Assembly (NCBI RefSeq): GCF_964204645.1
Contig: NC_134034.1
Coordinates: forward strand, 12,660,962-12,724,961
Direction of reading: 5' to 3'
DNA length: 64,000 nt
Source: Tubulanus polymorphus
Lineage: Eukaryota > Animalia > Nemertea
The notes beneath the pieces are model-generated. The model made no database searches and was not told the origin of the DNA. It worked only from the letters and a program-made list of their open reading frames with translations. The translations under genes and the position numbers were made by a program. Of this stretch, positions 63,649-64,000 are shown piece after piece. Positions within the stretch are counted from its first letter, which is position 1; every line of letters begins with the position of its first letter.

Positions 63649-64000
63649 CCTTGAGCTAGCGTAGCTTATTCAACGTTTTGACTATATCCTAATAGTCATC
63701 TTCAGGAATACTGTATTCCTTGAGCTAGTGTAGTTTATTCAATGTTTCGACTATATCCTAATAGCCATCTTCAGGAATACTGTATTCCTTGAGCTAGTGT
63801 AGTTTATTCAACGTTTCGACTTTATCCTAATAGTCATCTTCAGGAATACTGTATTCCTTGAGCTAGTGTAGTTTATTCAATGTTTTGACTATATCCTTAT
63901 AGTCATCATCAGGAATACTGAAGATAAAGATGACTATCAAGATGTAGTCAAAACATTGAATAAACTACACTGGCTCAAGGAATACAGTATTCCTGAAGAT
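63649..64000. repeat. 69-nt tandem array of minimal hammerhead motifs (4 copies on -, then inverted copies on + running off the window)
   Basis: Units start at 63649, 63718, 63787, 63856. Minus-strand consensus uauuc-CUGAAGA-U-gacuau(uaggau)auaguc-GAAA-CGUU-gaaua. Copy 3 has an intact core; copies 1 and 4 have AAAA for GAAA. Confidence 0.8.

Noticed and set aside
1-64000. Autonomous transposase or reverse transcriptase
   Set aside because: No DDE, RT or GIY-YIG-like ORF recognised; all mobile elements here appear non-autonomous.

Overview
Intron-rich invertebrate (bilaterian-type) nuclear DNA, not prokaryotic; the species cannot be fixed from sequence alone. Three spliced genes can be rebuilt by hand with consistent GT-AG phases. 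(1) A full-length BRCA1 orthologue on + (12 coding exons, 1883-9267, about 1749 aa: RING, coiled coil, two tandem peptide-repeat arrays, tandem BRCT). (2) A TMIE (transmembrane inner ear protein) homologue on + (12373-13875). (3) A giant pericentrin/AKAP9-family PACT-domain gene on - (41 chained exons, 56383 down to 16634, about 4270 aa), with several candidate alternative first exons and a 36-nt cassette exon. A fourth, signal-peptide-encoding exon starts on + at 63403. Non-coding DNA is dense with MITEs (piggyBac-like TTAA family, PIF/Harbinger-like GGGCC families, long foldbacks), tRNA-derived SINE remnants and many minisatellites. Most notable non-standard signals: minimal Penelope-type hammerhead ribozymes (single, TIR-enclosed, and a 69-nt tandem/inverted array); a strongly over-represented octamer CGTCTGCT/AGCAGACG in both exons and introns; a cluster of phase-matched ATG mini-exons that would give short PACT-protein isoforms; satellites that appear derived from MITE ends and from a tRNA-like unit. 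Most ORFs in the supplied track are antisense, off-frame or repeat artefacts.
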